Assembly: GCA_051439605.1 (NCBI GenBank)
Contig: JBFRWN010000016.1
Coordinates: 1-64,000, forward strand
From: Synechococcus sp.
GTDB taxonomy: Bacteria; Cyanobacteriota; Cyanobacteriia; Thermostichales; PCC-7336
DNA: 64,000 nucleotides
Direction: 5' to 3'
The notes under the pieces were generated by a model, which saw only the letters and a program-made list of their open reading frames with translations, had not been told where the DNA came from and ran no database searches. Shown piece by piece: positions 10,494 through 21,944 of the stretch. A program made the translations under genes and the position numbers. The stretch's first letter is position 1; each line of letters starts with the position of its first letter.

Positions 10494-11090
10494 CTAACCG
10501 AATGTTGGGGTTTCCGATGCTTCTCGAACCTGACCGTTTGAATGGACTGGCGGTGGTGCCGGAGAAATTTCCGCCCGATCGCGAACGACCACAGTGCCCC
10601 GAAACATGTTCATACCGCAATGGAACGGATATTCACCGGCTTGTTCCGGTGTAAATTCCACAGGCGTAATCCGATCGAGTTCCAAATCAACTGCCCGGTG
10701 AAAATCAGGCAAGACAACCTGTTCGAGACAGCTGCTAGGGTCTTTTCGAAAAAAATTCAGCCGAACCGGTTGACCCGCTCGAACGACAACGCGATTGGGA
10801 GAGTAGCCACCATCAACGGCGATCGCAATCTCTTGAATCCCCTGTTTGACTCCAGCTTGCCGAGCTTGAGTCTTGCTGAACTGGAACCACCATAATTCTG
10901 CAGCAATAAATGATAAGCCACCCACAGTGACGGCAATTCTTGTCCAGAGAGGTTGATCGATCCGGCGAAAGGGTTCAGTTTGCGGGGAAGCAGCTTCTTC
11001 AGGTAGTTGGGCTACAGCAGCACCCGTAGTTACCCCAAGTGCGAGTCCCAAACACAGAAACAAAGTTAAGACCCGATATTTTGCGAACAT
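10494..11090 (-). CDS. Cupredoxin-domain membrane protein
   Basis: Hydrophobic N-terminus and TM, then VDGGYSPNRVVV..SSCLEQV..YPFHCGMNMFRG; directly downstream of the Cu-ATPase. Start taken at MFAKY (11090). Confidence 0.85.
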   Translation of the reverse strand: MFAKYRVLTLFLCLGLALGVTTGAAVAQLPEEAASPQTEPFRRIDQPLWTRIAVTVGGLSFIAAELWWFQFSKTQARQAGVKQGIQEIAIAVDGGYSPNRVVVRAGQPVRLNFFRKDPSSCLEQVVLPDFHRAVDLELDRITPVEFTPEQAGEYPFHCGMNMFRGTVVVRDRAEISPAPPPVHSNGQVREASETPTFG

Positions 11091-11109
11091 TGGATTTGGA
11101 ACTCCTGAG

Positions 11110-13362
11110 TTACAAGGTCGCTTTGGGTTGGAAATTACGCAAACGCAAGGCATTTGTCAGCACTGAAACCGAACTAAATGCCATCGCACCTCCAGCAATC
11201 ATGGGATTCAGCAGCCAACCCAAAAAGGGAAATAGAACCCCTGCAGCGATCGGAATGCCGGCGATGTTGTAAATGAAGGCAAAAAAGAGATTTACGCGAA
11301 TGTTGTTCATGGTGGCGTGACTGAGCTGAATCGCCGTCACAATCCCCTGCAGGTCTCCAGAGATCAGCGTGACATCGCTCGCCGCGATCGCCACATCGGT
11401 TCCCGTACCAATGGAAATGCCCACATCCGCTTGAGCCAACGCGGGGGCATCGTTAATGCCATCCCCCACCATCGCCACAATCTTGCCTTCTGTCTGAATC
11501 GCTTTGACTTTGGCAGCCTTCTGTTCCGGACGGACTTCCGCAAACACTCGCGAGATCCCCACCTGTTTGGCGATCGCTTTGGCTGTACGTTGGTTGTCCC
11601 CCGTCAGCATCACCACTTGCAATCCCATCCGCTGCAAAGCCTTCACCGCTTCTGCAGAAGAGGGCTTGAGGGTATCGGCAATCCCGATCAGCCCTTGCGC
11701 TTGACCGTTAACGGCTGCTAAAACCGCCGTTTTCCCATCGGACTCCAACTGTTGTTTGCGACTAACCAACGGCTGGATGTCGATCCCCAACTCTCCAAAC
11801 CAGCGTTCGGTACCCACTTGCACCCACTGACCTTCCACGCGGGCTTCAACTCCACTGCCAGCTTCGGCATTAAACTGTTGCGCCTCTGGCAGGCTCAACT
11901 GCTGCGCCCGAGCGTACTGGACCACTGCCTCTGCAAGAGGATGTTCGGAATTCCGTTCTGCTGCAGCAACCCAACGCAGCAGTTGCAATTCATTCCCGTT
12001 CAGCGTCAGCAAATCGGTGACGACAGGCTGACCTTGCGTCAGGGTCCCCGTCTTATCCAGCACAATCGCCTGCAGCTTGTGCGCCAGTTCCAAGCTATCA
12101 GCGCCTTTAATTAAAATGCCGTTCTCTGCCCCTTTGCCCGTTCCCACCATGATGGAAGTTGGTGTAGCCAACCCTAACGCACAGGGACAGGCAATAATCA
12201 GCACGCCCACAGTTGTGAGCATCGCCAGGGTGATATTCCCCACCAAGTTGAACCAGATGACAAAAGTGGCACTGGCGATTGCGATGACAGCTGGGACAAA
12301 CCAACCGGTGACGCGATCGGCGAGCTTCTGAATCGGTGCCTTGGAGCCCTGAGCTTGCTGGACTAGCTGGACAATTTGGGCCAATACAGTGTCCTTACCC
12401 ACTCGCGAAGCCCGGAACTTAAAGCTGCCCGTTTTATTAATGGTTGCCCCAATCACTTCGTCGTCCGCTTGCTTCATGACTGGTAGGGGTTCGCCAGTCA
12501 CCATCGATTCGTCTACAGCGGAAGACCCGTCTATCACCGTTCCATCCACGGGGATTTTTTCGCCGGGACGGACCACAATGGCATCCCCCACCACAACCGC
12601 TTCCAACGGAATATCGAACTCTTGACCTTGGCGGATGACACGAGCTGTTTTTGCCTGTAACCCCATCAGTTTCCGAATGGCTTCTGAGGTCATGCCCCTA
12701 GCGCGGTTTTCTAGGAAACGCCCTAGCAAAATCAAGGTCATGATGACCGCAGAGGTTTCGTAATAGGGTTGTGCTGACAGCCCTTGAGACTTCAAGACTC
12801 CCGGAAAAAGCGTGACAAACAGCGAATAGAGGTACGCGACTCCGGTGCCGACACTCACTAGGGTATTCATATCGGCAGTATGGTGTTTGAAGGCTTTCCA
12901 AGCTCCTACAAAGACGGCTTTGCCACACCAGACGATGACTGGGGTCGCCAGTGCCAGCTGCCACCAAGGGTTGCCCATCCACGCCGGTATCCAGGGCAGG
13001 TTTAACCCCGTCATATGAGGCAGGTCTCCCACAATCAGCAGCAAGCTCATCGCGGCTCCGAACATCACTTTGCGCTTCAAGTCGGTTTGCTCTGCCTCGC
13101 GAGCGGCTCTCTCGGGATCGACCTGACCGTGCCCCATTTCCTGCAGCGGTTCTGCTGCATATCCTGCATCGGCTACGGCCTGTTGGATTTGCTTGAGACT
13201 GACTTTGCGATCGTCGAACTGTACAGAAGCTCGCTCTGCTGCAAAGTTCACATTACATTCAACGACGCCAGGAACGCTCCGAATGGCTTGCTCGATGTTC
13301 GATGCACACGATGCACAGCTCATTCCCCTGAGTTGGAGCTGTTGGGTTTCCATAGCTGACAT
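11110..13362 (-). CDS. Cu(I)-translocating P1B-type ATPase (PacS/CopA-like)
   Basis: GMSCASC HMA motif, [34 protein letters not shown], and the [10 protein letters not shown] Cu+ signature. Confidence 0.95.
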   Translation of the reverse strand: MSAMETQQLQLRGMSCASCASNIEQAIRSVPGVVECNVNFAAERASVQFDDRKVSLKQIQQAVADAGYAAEPLQEMGHGQVDPERAAREAEQTDLKRKVMFGAAMSLLLIVGDLPHMTGLNLPWIPAWMGNPWWQLALATPVIVWCGKAVFVGAWKAFKHHTADMNTLVSVGTGVAYLYSLFVTLFPGVLKSQGLSAQPYYETSAVIMTLILLGRFLENRARGMTSEAIRKLMGLQAKTARVIRQGQEFDIPLEAVVVGDAIVVRPGEKIPVDGTVIDGSSAVDESMVTGEPLPVMKQADDEVIGATINKTGSFKFRASRVGKDTVLAQIVQLVQQAQGSKAPIQKLADRVTGWFVPAVIAIASATFVIWFNLVGNITLAMLTTVGVLIIACPCALGLATPTSIMVGTGKGAENGILIKGADSLELAHKLQAIVLDKTGTLTQGQPVVTDLLTLNGNELQLLRWVAAAERNSEHPLAEAVVQYARAQQLSLPEAQQFNAEAGSGVEARVEGQWVQVGTERWFGELGIDIQPLVSRKQQLESDGKTAVLAAVNGQAQGLIGIADTLKPSSAEAVKALQRMGLQVVMLTGDNQRTAKAIAKQVGISRVFAEVRPEQKAAKVKAIQTEGKIVAMVGDGINDAPALAQADVGISIGTGTDVAIAASDVTLISGDLQGIVTAIQLSHATMNNIRVNLFFAFIYNIAGIPIAAGVLFPFLGWLLNPMIAGGAMAFSSVSVLTNALRLRNFQPKATL

Positions 13363-13555
13363 GACCTAATTCAGTTCTGGGTTGATGCTGTTCAATGACT
13401 GGAAGGATAACTACCCAGCTTTCAAATCGCTTGCTTTGTCTCTCAGTTTGGGGAGCAGACATCATTACCACTCAAGCGGATGAGACACAGGCTTGACGAA
13501 GGACATTGAATACTCGGCTCTCCAAGTACCCCGATCGAGATCGAGGACTCAATCC

Positions 13556-13587
13556 AAGCTAAACTCTCCAGCCCAGTGGAGAATAAA
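13556..13587 (-). promoter_or_regulatory. Putative MerR-type promoter/operator for the Cu-ATPase
   Basis: Minus strand reads TTTATT-20 nt-TAGCTT, with the dyad TCTCCA-N6-TGGAGA (13565-13582) in the long spacer; ~200 bp upstream of the ATPase, and a MerR gene is nearby. Confidence 0.6.
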
Positions 13588-13657
13588 GCGAACTGCACAA
13601 AAGTTTACCTAATTGCTTGAAGACATCGCCAAAAACAGCTTCGATCGAAGATCGAAT

Positions 13658-14227
13658 TTAGGCTGTTGTATGATTCGATGGGGCAGTTGGAAGCTGACAA
13701 AAACCTTGGGGAGGTACATCGAGGGCATTATTAAATTTGCTAGACAAATTCTGAAAAGCAATAAGCCCTGTCAATTCAACGATGCCATCTTCATCAAAGA
13801 AGTTGTGCAGTCGTTCTACCAGATCGTCGCTTACTTGCCGATCGGTCATCGTCATCGCTTCTGCATAGTCCAGAACTGTTTTCTCTTTGTCATCAAACAG
13901 TTGACTCTCTCTCCAATTTTCTAGAGATTCAACTTTTTCCATCGAGCCACTACGTTTAGCCAGCAATGCAGAATTAATGTCAATACAAAACCGGCACCAA
14001 TTAATTTGCGATACACGAACAGTGACCAAAGATCGCAATTCAGGGGTTAGAGGTGAGCTTCTGCGATCGAGGACTCCATACAGGATTGCAACGGCAACAA
14101 ATAGTAGCGGGGATCTGGCCCATAATAAGGACGGCTTTAGAATTTGCCCGTACTTTCTATTCTGATTCCAAAAGAATGGACGAAGATACCAGGGATAGGC
14201 ATTCAAGGGCTTTTCTATAACTCTCAT
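13658..14227 (-). CDS. AhpD/carboxymuconolactone decarboxylase family protein
   Basis: LRSLVTVRVSQINWCRFCID (CxxC), EKTVLDYAEAMT, VELTGLIAFQNLSSKFN; AGGAG RBS upstream. Confidence 0.85.
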   Translation of the reverse strand: MRVIEKPLNAYPWYLRPFFWNQNRKYGQILKPSLLWARSPLLFVAVAILYGVLDRRSSPLTPELRSLVTVRVSQINWCRFCIDINSALLAKRSGSMEKVESLENWRESQLFDDKEKTVLDYAEAMTMTDRQVSDDLVERLHNFFDEDGIVELTGLIAFQNLSSKFNNALDVPPQGFCQLPTAPSNHTTA

Positions 14228-14331
14228 ACCGTCTCCTCCTTAGCAGAAACTACTGAGAGACTCAATTCGATCTTAATTGATTGAGTTAAGAAAACATCAC
14301 AAGAATAACAATCACCCCTATAAGAAGCCAG

Positions 14332-14757
14332 TCAAGCCCCAATTTCCTGCTGAATAATTGGGCAGATGATCCCCTCCTTACTAGGGGAAGCAGTACTGGT
14401 ATCAGAGAGCATAACTGTTAGTTGAGCTTTCAACTCTTCTAGATTTAGAATTTTCTCTTCAATTTCTAAAATCTTTTCTTGAATGTTATGCTTCACTTCG
14501 TCACAGGGAACTTCGCCACGATCGTAGATTTCAAGAAACGAACTAATATCTTGAAGACTAAAATCTAGCGATCGGGCTCGTTTGATAAAGCCTAAGCGAG
14601 GAAGGATCGCTCTAGAAAATAGACGAAATCCTCCTTTCGTACGTCTCTCTGCCTTAATCAAACCCAATTCTTCGTAATAGCGAATGGTTTTGATCGGAAC
14701 ACCGCTTTCTTTCTTGAGTTCCCCAATCTTCATCAGCTCAGTTGTTTGTTTCGGCAT
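14332..14757 (-). CDS. MerR-family heavy-metal-responsive transcriptional regulator
   Basis: MKIGELKKESGVPIKTIRYYEELGLI..RTKGGFRLF HTH, with PC and ICPII cysteines. Start at MPKQ (14757). Confidence 0.9.
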   Translation of the reverse strand: MPKQTTELMKIGELKKESGVPIKTIRYYEELGLIKAERRTKGGFRLFSRAILPRLGFIKRARSLDFSLQDISSFLEIYDRGEVPCDEVKHNIQEKILEIEEKILNLEELKAQLTVMLSDTSTASPSKEGIICPIIQQEIGA

Positions 14758-15297
14758 GGTATCGACTCCCAAATAATCGTAGACAGTAATCGATGAGCAA
14801 AAGTGAGTTAAATCAACATCATCATTGCAAGCAACGGTGTAGTGTACGCAATACACCTCTTGCATGTGGTACGTTGGCTTTTTTCTACATCGCATTTCAG
14901 ACGCTGTTCTCGAAAAGGTCCCGTGCTCGCAGTTCCTTCATTGACGGCTAATTCAACCCAATTGTAATTTCCTTTAACGTGCGCAAACTTCATTCTTCTT
15001 TGGCCCCATCTTCGTGATAACGGATCGAAGTGTAAGAAATTTGGTCTTTTAGAAGGAAAGACGAGCCATCAGGAATCCAATTATTTCTCGCGCAGCCATA
15101 GTTGCCGCAACCCTTACGATAACAACAAGATTTCGATGTTCGTACACCTACCCAAGAAGCAAATTCTTATACAAACAAAAGAGAGATTGCAGTTAATTCT
15201 AGTTATTACTTTAATTGCTTAAGACTTGAAAAGCCTTCTTCTAAAATCGTGCGTCAAGATATAGAGAATCAGGTCTGACGATATCGGAAATAGGTAA

Positions 15298-15942
15298 ATG
15301 GAATCTGTTACTTCACATACTCCGGGTTGGTATAAACGCTTCTTTGCTTGGCTGATGCTTCATGCAATGACTGAGTATGAAGCTGAAGTAAGCGATCTGA
15401 AGCGCAAACTGTTTGCCGATCTGCAGGGCAACGTCCTAGAGATTGGGCCTGGCACTGGTCCTAATTTGCGTTACTATCCACGCGACATTCATTGGATTGG
15501 GATAGAGCCGAACTTATATATGTATCCTTATCTGTACAAAGAAGCTGAGAGGTTAGAGCTAAGCATTAACATCAATAGTGGATCGGCTGAACATTTAGAG
15601 GTCGATGATAGCAGCATTGATGCAGTAGTCAGCACACTAGTTTTGTGTTCGGTAAGGAATCTATCGACTGTTCTGGAAGAAATTCTCAGGGTACTTAAAC
15701 CCGGCGGACAATTTTTCTTTCTTGAACATGTAGCAGCACCGAAGAGGACTTTTTTACGACAGATTCAAAACTGGATACAGCCTATATGGACAGTTCTAGG
15801 AGATGGTTGCTATCCCAATCGCGAAACCTGGATCGCACTAGAAACTGCTGGATTTGAGAGAGTTGACTACCAACAGTTTCGAGCTCAAGTTCCAGCTATT
15901 GTGAGTCATCAAATTATTGGGGTGGCGACTAAGAGTCAGTAG
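15298..15942 (+). CDS. Class I SAM-dependent methyltransferase (METTL7-like)
   Basis: VLEIGPGTGPN, DAVVSTLVLCSV, RVLKPGG..FLEHV. Confidence 0.9.
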   Translation: MESVTSHTPGWYKRFFAWLMLHAMTEYEAEVSDLKRKLFADLQGNVLEIGPGTGPNLRYYPRDIHWIGIEPNLYMYPYLYKEAERLELSININSGSAEHLEVDDSSIDAVVSTLVLCSVRNLSTVLEEILRVLKPGGQFFFLEHVAAPKRTFLRQIQNWIQPIWTVLGDGCYPNRETWIALETAGFERVDYQQFRAQVPAIVSHQIIGVATKSQ

Positions 15943-16271
15943 TTAGCCAGATTAAGTGGATAAACTTCAGTCTGGATTGTAGAGATATCTAAATCGCTCA
16001 ATCAATAGTGAGAGAAGCCAAGACGATGAATATGACTGACATCGAAGATTCGCTACTCGATCAATTCGGCTTCACTAGAGTTACTTCTTCAAGATTCGTG
16101 ACTAGTACCTATCTTTGATGCGGAGGACTACCTTTTGTCCAACTATGATAGGGATAAAGGGGAACTTTTTCCTCTGGGTTAGCGATGTTATTTGTTCTGT
16201 GGCCGACCGCCTTAGTCCACTAATCCATATCGACCGCTCAAACACATTCCCTGCCATTTTGGAGGTGAGCA

Positions 16272-19244
16272 ATGATTGCTCCAGCGGCAGAAACCAACCT
16301 CTACGAATCTGCCACTCAAGAGATTGGACGCAGATTGCTAGCAGCCACGCGATCGCACGATTCTCTCTTCAGCCAAACGCACTGGGCCGATCGCCTGCTC
16401 GCCTGGACCATGGACAATCCCGGTCTGCGGGTACATCTCTTTCGCCTCATCGACTGCCTCCCCTCACTGCGCAGCAAAGCTGAAATTGCCCGCCACATGC
16501 GCGAATATCTCGTAGACGAATCCGTCGAACTGCCAGATGCCCTCAAGGCCCTACTTAACTTCACCGGACCCAACTCCATTCCCGGTCAACTGGCCGCCAC
16601 CACCTTCACCACAGCGGTCTCAACCCTGGCCCACCAATACATCGCCGGAGAAACGCTGCCCCAAGCCCTTAAATCCATCGTTCGCCTGCGCAGCCACAAA
16701 CTCGCTTTCACCATGGATCTGCTGGGGGAAGCTGTGATTACCGAATCGGAAGCCCAGTCCTACCTCGATCGCTATCTAGACACCATCGCCCAGCTGAGCG
16801 AAGCCGCCCAAACCTGGAAACCCGTTCCCGAAATCGATCTCGCCGATGGAGAATCCCTGCCACGGGTACAAGTGTCCGTTAAACTCACCGCCTTTTATTC
16901 GCAATGCGATCCGCTGGATGCGGCAGGCAGTCAAAAGAAGGTAAGCGATCGCGTGCGCCTGCTGCTGCGCCGCGCCAAAGAACTGGGTGTGGCCGTTCAC
17001 TTCGACCTCGAGCAATACGTTTACAAAGACCTCACCATTGCTATTTTGCAAGACCTGCTGATGGAGGAGGAGTTTCGCCATCGCGACGATATTGGCGTTA
17101 CCCTACAAGCCTACTTACGTGACAGCGATCGCGATTTGCAGGGCTGGATTGCCTGGGCCAAACAGCGCGGAACCCCCGTAACCGTGCGCTTAGTTAAAGG
17201 GGCCTATTGGGACCAAGAAACTATCCATGCCGTGCAACAGGGGTGGCCGCAACCGGTCTTTAACGACAAATCACACACGGATGCCAGATTCGAACAGTTG
17301 ACCCAACTGCTGTTGGAGAATCACGACTGTCTCCACGCCGCCATTGCGAGCCATAACACCCGATCGCAAGCGCGGGCAATCGCGATCGCCAGGGAACTCC
17401 ACATTCCGCGACGCCACATTGAATTGCAAGTGCTGTACGGCATGGCCGACCGGCTGGCCGACGCATTGGTGGAAGAAGGCTTCCGAGTCCGGGTCTATAC
17501 CCCTTTCGGCCAGCTCATTCCGGGCATGGCTTACTTGATTCGCCGCTTGCTAGAAAACACCGCCAACTCCTCTTTTCTGCGCCAACGCTCCGCTAATGTC
17601 TCGGAGGAGCAATTACTCGCCCCTCCTAAAACCGTCGTAGAAACTCCGCTCCTCTCCCCCTCATCAGGATTCCGCAATGCTGCCACCACCGATTTTAGTC
17701 AGGCAGATGCAAGGGAACGGGCTCTGAGAGCCATAGAAACTGTTCGACAACAACTAGGCACCACGTACCGACCCCTGATCGACGGCCAATGGGTTGAAAC
17801 CCAATCCCAAATCGGGTCCGCAAATCCCTCCAATCCTTCAGAAACGATCGGGTCCGTTTACATGGGGGGCTTGGCTGAGGTGGAAAGGGCGATCGCCGCT
17901 GCCAAAGCAGCCTTTCCGGCTTGGAAGCGAACACCTGTGACCGAGCGAGCCGATCTGCTGCGGCAGGTGGGGGAGTTGATGGTTGCACGACAGGCCGAAC
18001 TGACCGCCTGGATCGTCCTGGAAACTGGGAAACCGATTCGGGAGGCGGATGCTGACGTGGTGGAAGCAATTGATTTTTGCCGCTACTACGCCGATCGCAT
18101 GGAGCAACTCGATCGCGGCCAGCAGTACGATCTAGCGGGCGAAACCAACCGCTATGCCTATCAACCGCGCGGCATTGCCGTTGTCATCTCCCCCTGGAAC
18201 TTCCCTCTCGCAATTCCCACCGGGATGGTGATGGCGGCACTCGTTGCTGGCAACTGCACCATTCTCAAACCCTCGCAACAGTCCTGCGTTATCGCCGCCA
18301 AGCTGACAGAACTGTTGCTGGAGGCCGGAGTCCCGAGTGGCGTCTTCCAATTCCTGCCCGGTCGCGGCAGCGAAGTGGGGGCGGCACTGGTGAAACACCC
18401 TGACGTGCAGTTAATTACCTTTACGGGGTCGCAGGATGTCGGCTGTCAGATCTACGCCGATGCGGCTGTGCTGCAACCGGGGCAAACCCATCTCAAGCGC
18501 GTCATCGCCGAGATGGGCGGTAAGAACGCCATCATCGTGGACGAGAGTGCCGACCTCGATCGCGCAGTGCAGGGGGTGGTGCAATCCGCCTTCGGATACA
18601 GCGGCCAGAAATGCTCTGCTTGCTCCCGCGCGATTGTTCTTGCCCCCATTTACGATGGTTTCCTCAAGCGCCTGCTGGAAGCAACGCGCTCGCTTGCAGT
18701 TGGTCCCGCCGACAACCCCGGCACTACAGTGGGACCCGTTATCGAAGCCGCTGCGAGAGATCGCATTCGCACCGCGATCGCCGAAGGAACCTCTGAAGCC
18801 ACCGTGGCTCTGGCCATGGCCCCCCCAAAACGGGAGCTCTCCGCAGGCGGCTATTTTATTGGTCCCACCATCTTTACCGATGTCGATGTCAACTCCGCTC
18901 TGGCTCAGCAGGAAATCTTCGGGCCGGTGTTGGCAGTCATGAAAGCTGAAACGTTTGACGAAGCGATCGCGATCGCCAATTCCACTCGTTTCTCCCTGAC
19001 AGGCGGGCTGTATTCCCGCACCCCTTCCCACATCCAACAGGTCCAGCGGGAGTTTGAAGTGGGCAATCTCTACATCAACCGCAGCATTACGGGGGCGATC
19101 GTAAATCGTCAGCCTTTTGGAGGATTCAAGCTATCGGGAGTCGGCTCGAAAGCCGGTGGTCCCGATTATCTCTTGCAGTTCCTCGAACCCAGAACCGTTA
19201 CAGAGAATATCCAGCGCCAGGGATTTGCCCCATTGGAGGATTGA
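16272..19244 (+). CDS. putA: Bifunctional proline dehydrogenase / glutamate-semialdehyde (P5C) dehydrogenase
   Basis: PRODH motifs ([30 protein letters not shown]) plus ALDH motifs (ISPWNFP, FTGS, EMGGKN, SGQKCSA, EIFGP). Confidence 0.95.
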   Translation: MIAPAAETNLYESATQEIGRRLLAATRSHDSLFSQTHWADRLLAWTMDNPGLRVHLFRLIDCLPSLRSKAEIARHMREYLVDESVELPDALKALLNFTGPNSIPGQLAATTFTTAVSTLAHQYIAGETLPQALKSIVRLRSHKLAFTMDLLGEAVITESEAQSYLDRYLDTIAQLSEAAQTWKPVPEIDLADGESLPRVQVSVKLTAFYSQCDPLDAAGSQKKVSDRVRLLLRRAKELGVAVHFDLEQYVYKDLTIAILQDLLMEEEFRHRDDIGVTLQAYLRDSDRDLQGWIAWAKQRGTPVTVRLVKGAYWDQETIHAVQQGWPQPVFNDKSHTDARFEQLTQLLLENHDCLHAAIASHNTRSQARAIAIARELHIPRRHIELQVLYGMADRLADALVEEGFRVRVYTPFGQLIPGMAYLIRRLLENTANSSFLRQRSANVSEEQLLAPPKTVVETPLLSPSSGFRNAATTDFSQADARERALRAIETVRQQLGTTYRPLIDGQWVETQSQIGSANPSNPSETIGSVYMGGLAEVERAIAAAKAAFPAWKRTPVTERADLLRQVGELMVARQAELTAWIVLETGKPIREADADVVEAIDFCRYYADRMEQLDRGQQYDLAGETNRYAYQPRGIAVVISPWNFPLAIPTGMVMAALVAGNCTILKPSQQSCVIAAKLTELLLEAGVPSGVFQFLPGRGSEVGAALVKHPDVQLITFTGSQDVGCQIYADAAVLQPGQTHLKRVIAEMGGKNAIIVDESADLDRAVQGVVQSAFGYSGQKCSACSRAIVLAPIYDGFLKRLLEATRSLAVGPADNPGTTVGPVIEAAARDRIRTAIAEGTSEATVALAMAPPKRELSAGGYFIGPTIFTDVDVNSALAQQEIFGPVLAVMKAETFDEAIAIANSTRFSLTGGLYSRTPSHIQQVQREFEVGNLYINRSITGAIVNRQPFGGFKLSGVGSKAGGPDYLLQFLEPRTVTENIQRQGFAPLED

Positions 19245-19416
19245 GTACGCTGAGTAGGAGGATGACTACTGCTCTGCCAACCCTCAAAACTGGGTTGGAG
19301 GAATTTGTAGAGGGAAGCGATCGCAACTTGCAGCAGATAAAAAGCAAGGGCGCTAGTAGTGTGGCAAGCACATAACTCAGGGCATGAACTATCGAGTGAT
19401 ATGACAGGGGGAAATA

Positions 19417-19453
19417 CCTGAATAAACCTGAATTAAACCTGAATCAATCTGAA
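19417..19453. repeat. Four helically phased (C/T)CTGAA direct repeats, a candidate regulator-binding array
   Basis: CCTGAA at 19417, 19427 and 19438 and TCTGAA at 19448 (spacing 10/11/10), ~100 bp upstream of the 19550 ORF. Confidence 0.7.
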
Positions 19454-19549
19454 CTTTTAGGGATTGTTTCAACTGGAGGAATCCGCGAGACTGAGTTCAT
19501 CGAAGCCAAGAAAACAGTCTATGTAGCCAGATTCCTAGAGGAAAAAACG

Positions 19550-19855
19550 ATGAACTCTCAACTCAAATTAGCAATTGTCGCAGTTGCGATCGCCGGTTCA
19601 GCTGCAATTGTTTCAACTCCTGCTCACGCTACTCCAGAGATCCTCACCCGCTTGGACGAAATTCAGGCAAAAGGTTCATCGAGTGAAAACGGTGCCGGCT
19701 CGAATCCTTTTGTGGACCAAGATAAGGGTATGCAAGGGGTAGAAGTGGCGGGGGAGCCTATGAGTGTATCGGACTCTCGAAGCGGCTCCCGCAACTCCAG
19801 CTTGGTCGGGAGGCTTCAAGAGTTGCGCAGTACAAGCCCTGAAAGCGGCATCTAA
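19550..19855 (+). CDS. Small secreted hypothetical protein
   Basis: Sec signal peptide (MNSQLKLAIVAVAIAGSAAIVSTPAHA) and GAGG RBS; polar low-complexity mature part. Confidence 0.7.
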   Translation: MNSQLKLAIVAVAIAGSAAIVSTPAHATPEILTRLDEIQAKGSSSENGAGSNPFVDQDKGMQGVEVAGEPMSVSDSRSGSRNSSLVGRLQELRSTSPESGI

Positions 19856-19913
19856 TTCTCGATCCACTGTTCTTGCTATTTCGCTATCTGACTAGCATCC
19901 CTGCAGCTCGAGA

Positions 19914-20050
19914 CTAAGGAGATTTCTGACAAAGAAAATACCAGTCATCAAGGCTCTCAAAATCCCCCAATTCTGGGGGATTTTGAATTTACCCCTCAGA
20001 ATTGGTGGGTGGGGGCCTTCCAGTCGGAACTTTTCGGGAAATCACTTAAG
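19914..20050. repeat. Short palindromic MITE/REP-like cyanobacterial repeat
   Basis: Perfect 12-bp stem TCAAAATCCCCC-aattct-GGGGGATTTTGA (19957-19986), a related CCCCTCAGAATTGG copy after it, and imperfect terminal inverted repeats (19914-19934 vs 20030-20050). Confidence 0.5.
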
Positions 20051-20625
20051 GGGACCTTGATGAACTGACTTGTTGCGAACCAATAGGTATAGAATTCCAA
20101 ACCCTCGACCTACATCCCGAAGTATCGCTAAGTCTTAGACAATTTGAGAAATCCCTTTCGGGACGTCAATTGAGATTTTGTTTAAATAATATCTCGCAAC
20201 GTTTACTTTCTGAGACACTTTTTATCTGTGGCCACTTAGAAGAAGAGTACTTTCAAATGAGCAGATGTGCTAACGAATAGCCGGAAGTCATTGTCTGAAC
20301 TAAATCTACAACGAGATTTGACGCATTTCAACGTGAAATATACCCTTTTGAGAGGTTATGCAAAGAATATGCTTTTGAGTGAATATACGCTGGCAATCCC
20401 AACGAATAGTCAATTATTATGACATCTAAGTTCATTTTTTATTTGTAGGTATTATTGATTCTAAATACTTGGCTTTAACTAACACATACTTGCAACATTG
20501 TTTGGAAGTTTGAGTCACTTATCTTTGGATTATTCAATACAATGCCTGCTCAACACAGTTGAATCCTGCCTGATTCTTTGATGATTGGATCGCTTGTCGT
20601 CATTTTTAACGAATAGGAAGTAAGC

Positions 20626-21723
20626 GTGGCCTCTATTACTTGGAAACTGGGTTGTGCAGTGACGTACCTGATAAGTTTGCTAGCGATCGCCGAGACTGCC
20701 GTTGGGGTCGAAGCAAACTGCCAGAGAGTGCCCGTTCCTAATGGGAGTTGTGGATGGCTCGCTCAAGTGTCCGCTTCAGATCGAGAGCTTGCTCGCTATA
20801 ACGAGCGCCTGCAGCAGCACATCTCCCAAGAATGGAATCCCCTCAGTAGCGATCGGGCAGGGGAGGTCACCGTAGAGTTTTCGATCCAACGAGACGGTTC
20901 AATTTCCGGGCTCAAAATTCGACAGTCATCGGGGGACTCGGATGTGGATGCTGCCACATTAGAAACCATTCGAGCAGCTGTCCCTTTCGACCCGTTGCCC
21001 CTGTCCTATCAGCCGGAAATTTTGCCGATTGTTTTCACCTTTGCAACCAAGGCAAGTAATAATATCGACCCCTCCTATATGGAGAGTGTGAAGGCCGCTA
21101 TTGCCGAACGCTGGTCACCTGACCCAACAGAGACGCCAAGACGGGTGAGTTTGCAGTTTGAAATCACTAGAGATGGAACCGTTAACAATCTCATTATTTC
21201 CACACCATCCGGAGATAGCGCGTTTGACAAGTTGGCAATCGAAGCGATTTCCATGGCCACCCCCTTCAATTCTTTGCCAGACGATTATGCTGGCGACTTA
21301 TTACGCATCAACTATACTCTGAGCTCATCGCAGATTATTCAACCCAATGTACCCGAGCGCTTGCAGGCATACGATTGCCTGGAAATTAGCGAATTAGAAA
21401 CCAGTGGCCCCACTCACATCGATCCAGGCAACTACAACAATGAAACCTTGATACTGCGAGGGGACGTTACGAACAAGTGCGATGTAGGATTTGAGGTCGC
21501 TGCATGGCGAGCAACTATTTTCCCCGAAACATCGGATGTCGAACTAGGGGGTAAAACAGCCCTCGTCCGCACAATCCTGCCAGGAGAGACACAAACCATT
21601 TCCTTTTTCGTCAAGTTTGGAGAATTAAACTGGACTAACGACTACACCCCGGCCCGCATTCTCTCAGAAGGCTTTCGGTATGGCGTCTATCTCTCTAGCC
21701 TGTCTCCTATGGTGGAGGAATGA
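20626..21723 (+). CDS. TonB/TolA C-terminal-domain protein (two tandem domains plus an extra C-terminal domain)
   Basis: Two copies of the Y..I..W.P..V.F.I.RDG..SSGD..D.A..AI..A.PF.PLP pattern; hydrophobic N-terminus. Confidence 0.75.
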   Translation: MASITWKLGCAVTYLISLLAIAETAVGVEANCQRVPVPNGSCGWLAQVSASDRELARYNERLQQHISQEWNPLSSDRAGEVTVEFSIQRDGSISGLKIRQSSGDSDVDAATLETIRAAVPFDPLPLSYQPEILPIVFTFATKASNNIDPSYMESVKAAIAERWSPDPTETPRRVSLQFEITRDGTVNNLIISTPSGDSAFDKLAIEAISMATPFNSLPDDYAGDLLRINYTLSSSQIIQPNVPERLQAYDCLEISELETSGPTHIDPGNYNNETLILRGDVTNKCDVGFEVAAWRATIFPETSDVELGGKTALVRTILPGETQTISFFVKFGELNWTNDYTPARILSEGFRYGVYLSSLSPMVEE

Positions 21724-21944
21724 AGAAAGCACAATAGTTTTAGCTTTATGAAGCTTCAAACTTGCATGCCCTCGCTTTGACAAGGTGTTTCTGAGTCATC
21801 CTGCACTTCAGAGATTGATTGTCTATCACTCTAAATTTTAGATCGAATCTCTTGCACTCTGAATCTATTGTTTCTCCACAGACTTCTATCTTTTGGCATT
21901 CAGATATCACTAAAGAATAAATAACCGGAGATATATCTTATTTA

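Noticed and set aside
13363..13550. Possible copZ/atx1 chaperone gene upstream of the Cu-ATPase
   Set aside because: No ORF with an MxCxxC motif found; the 13259-13471 ORF overlaps the ATPase and looks spurious.
16316..19037. Many overlapping or antisense ORFs in putA (likewise in SNF2, katG, the biosynthetic operon and the CIS genes)
   Set aside because: Shadow frames of GC-rich coding sequence with no motifs.
20272..20616. AACGAATAG occurring three times (20272, 20401, 20608)
   Set aside because: Short, irregularly spaced, in AT-rich DNA; no supportable function.
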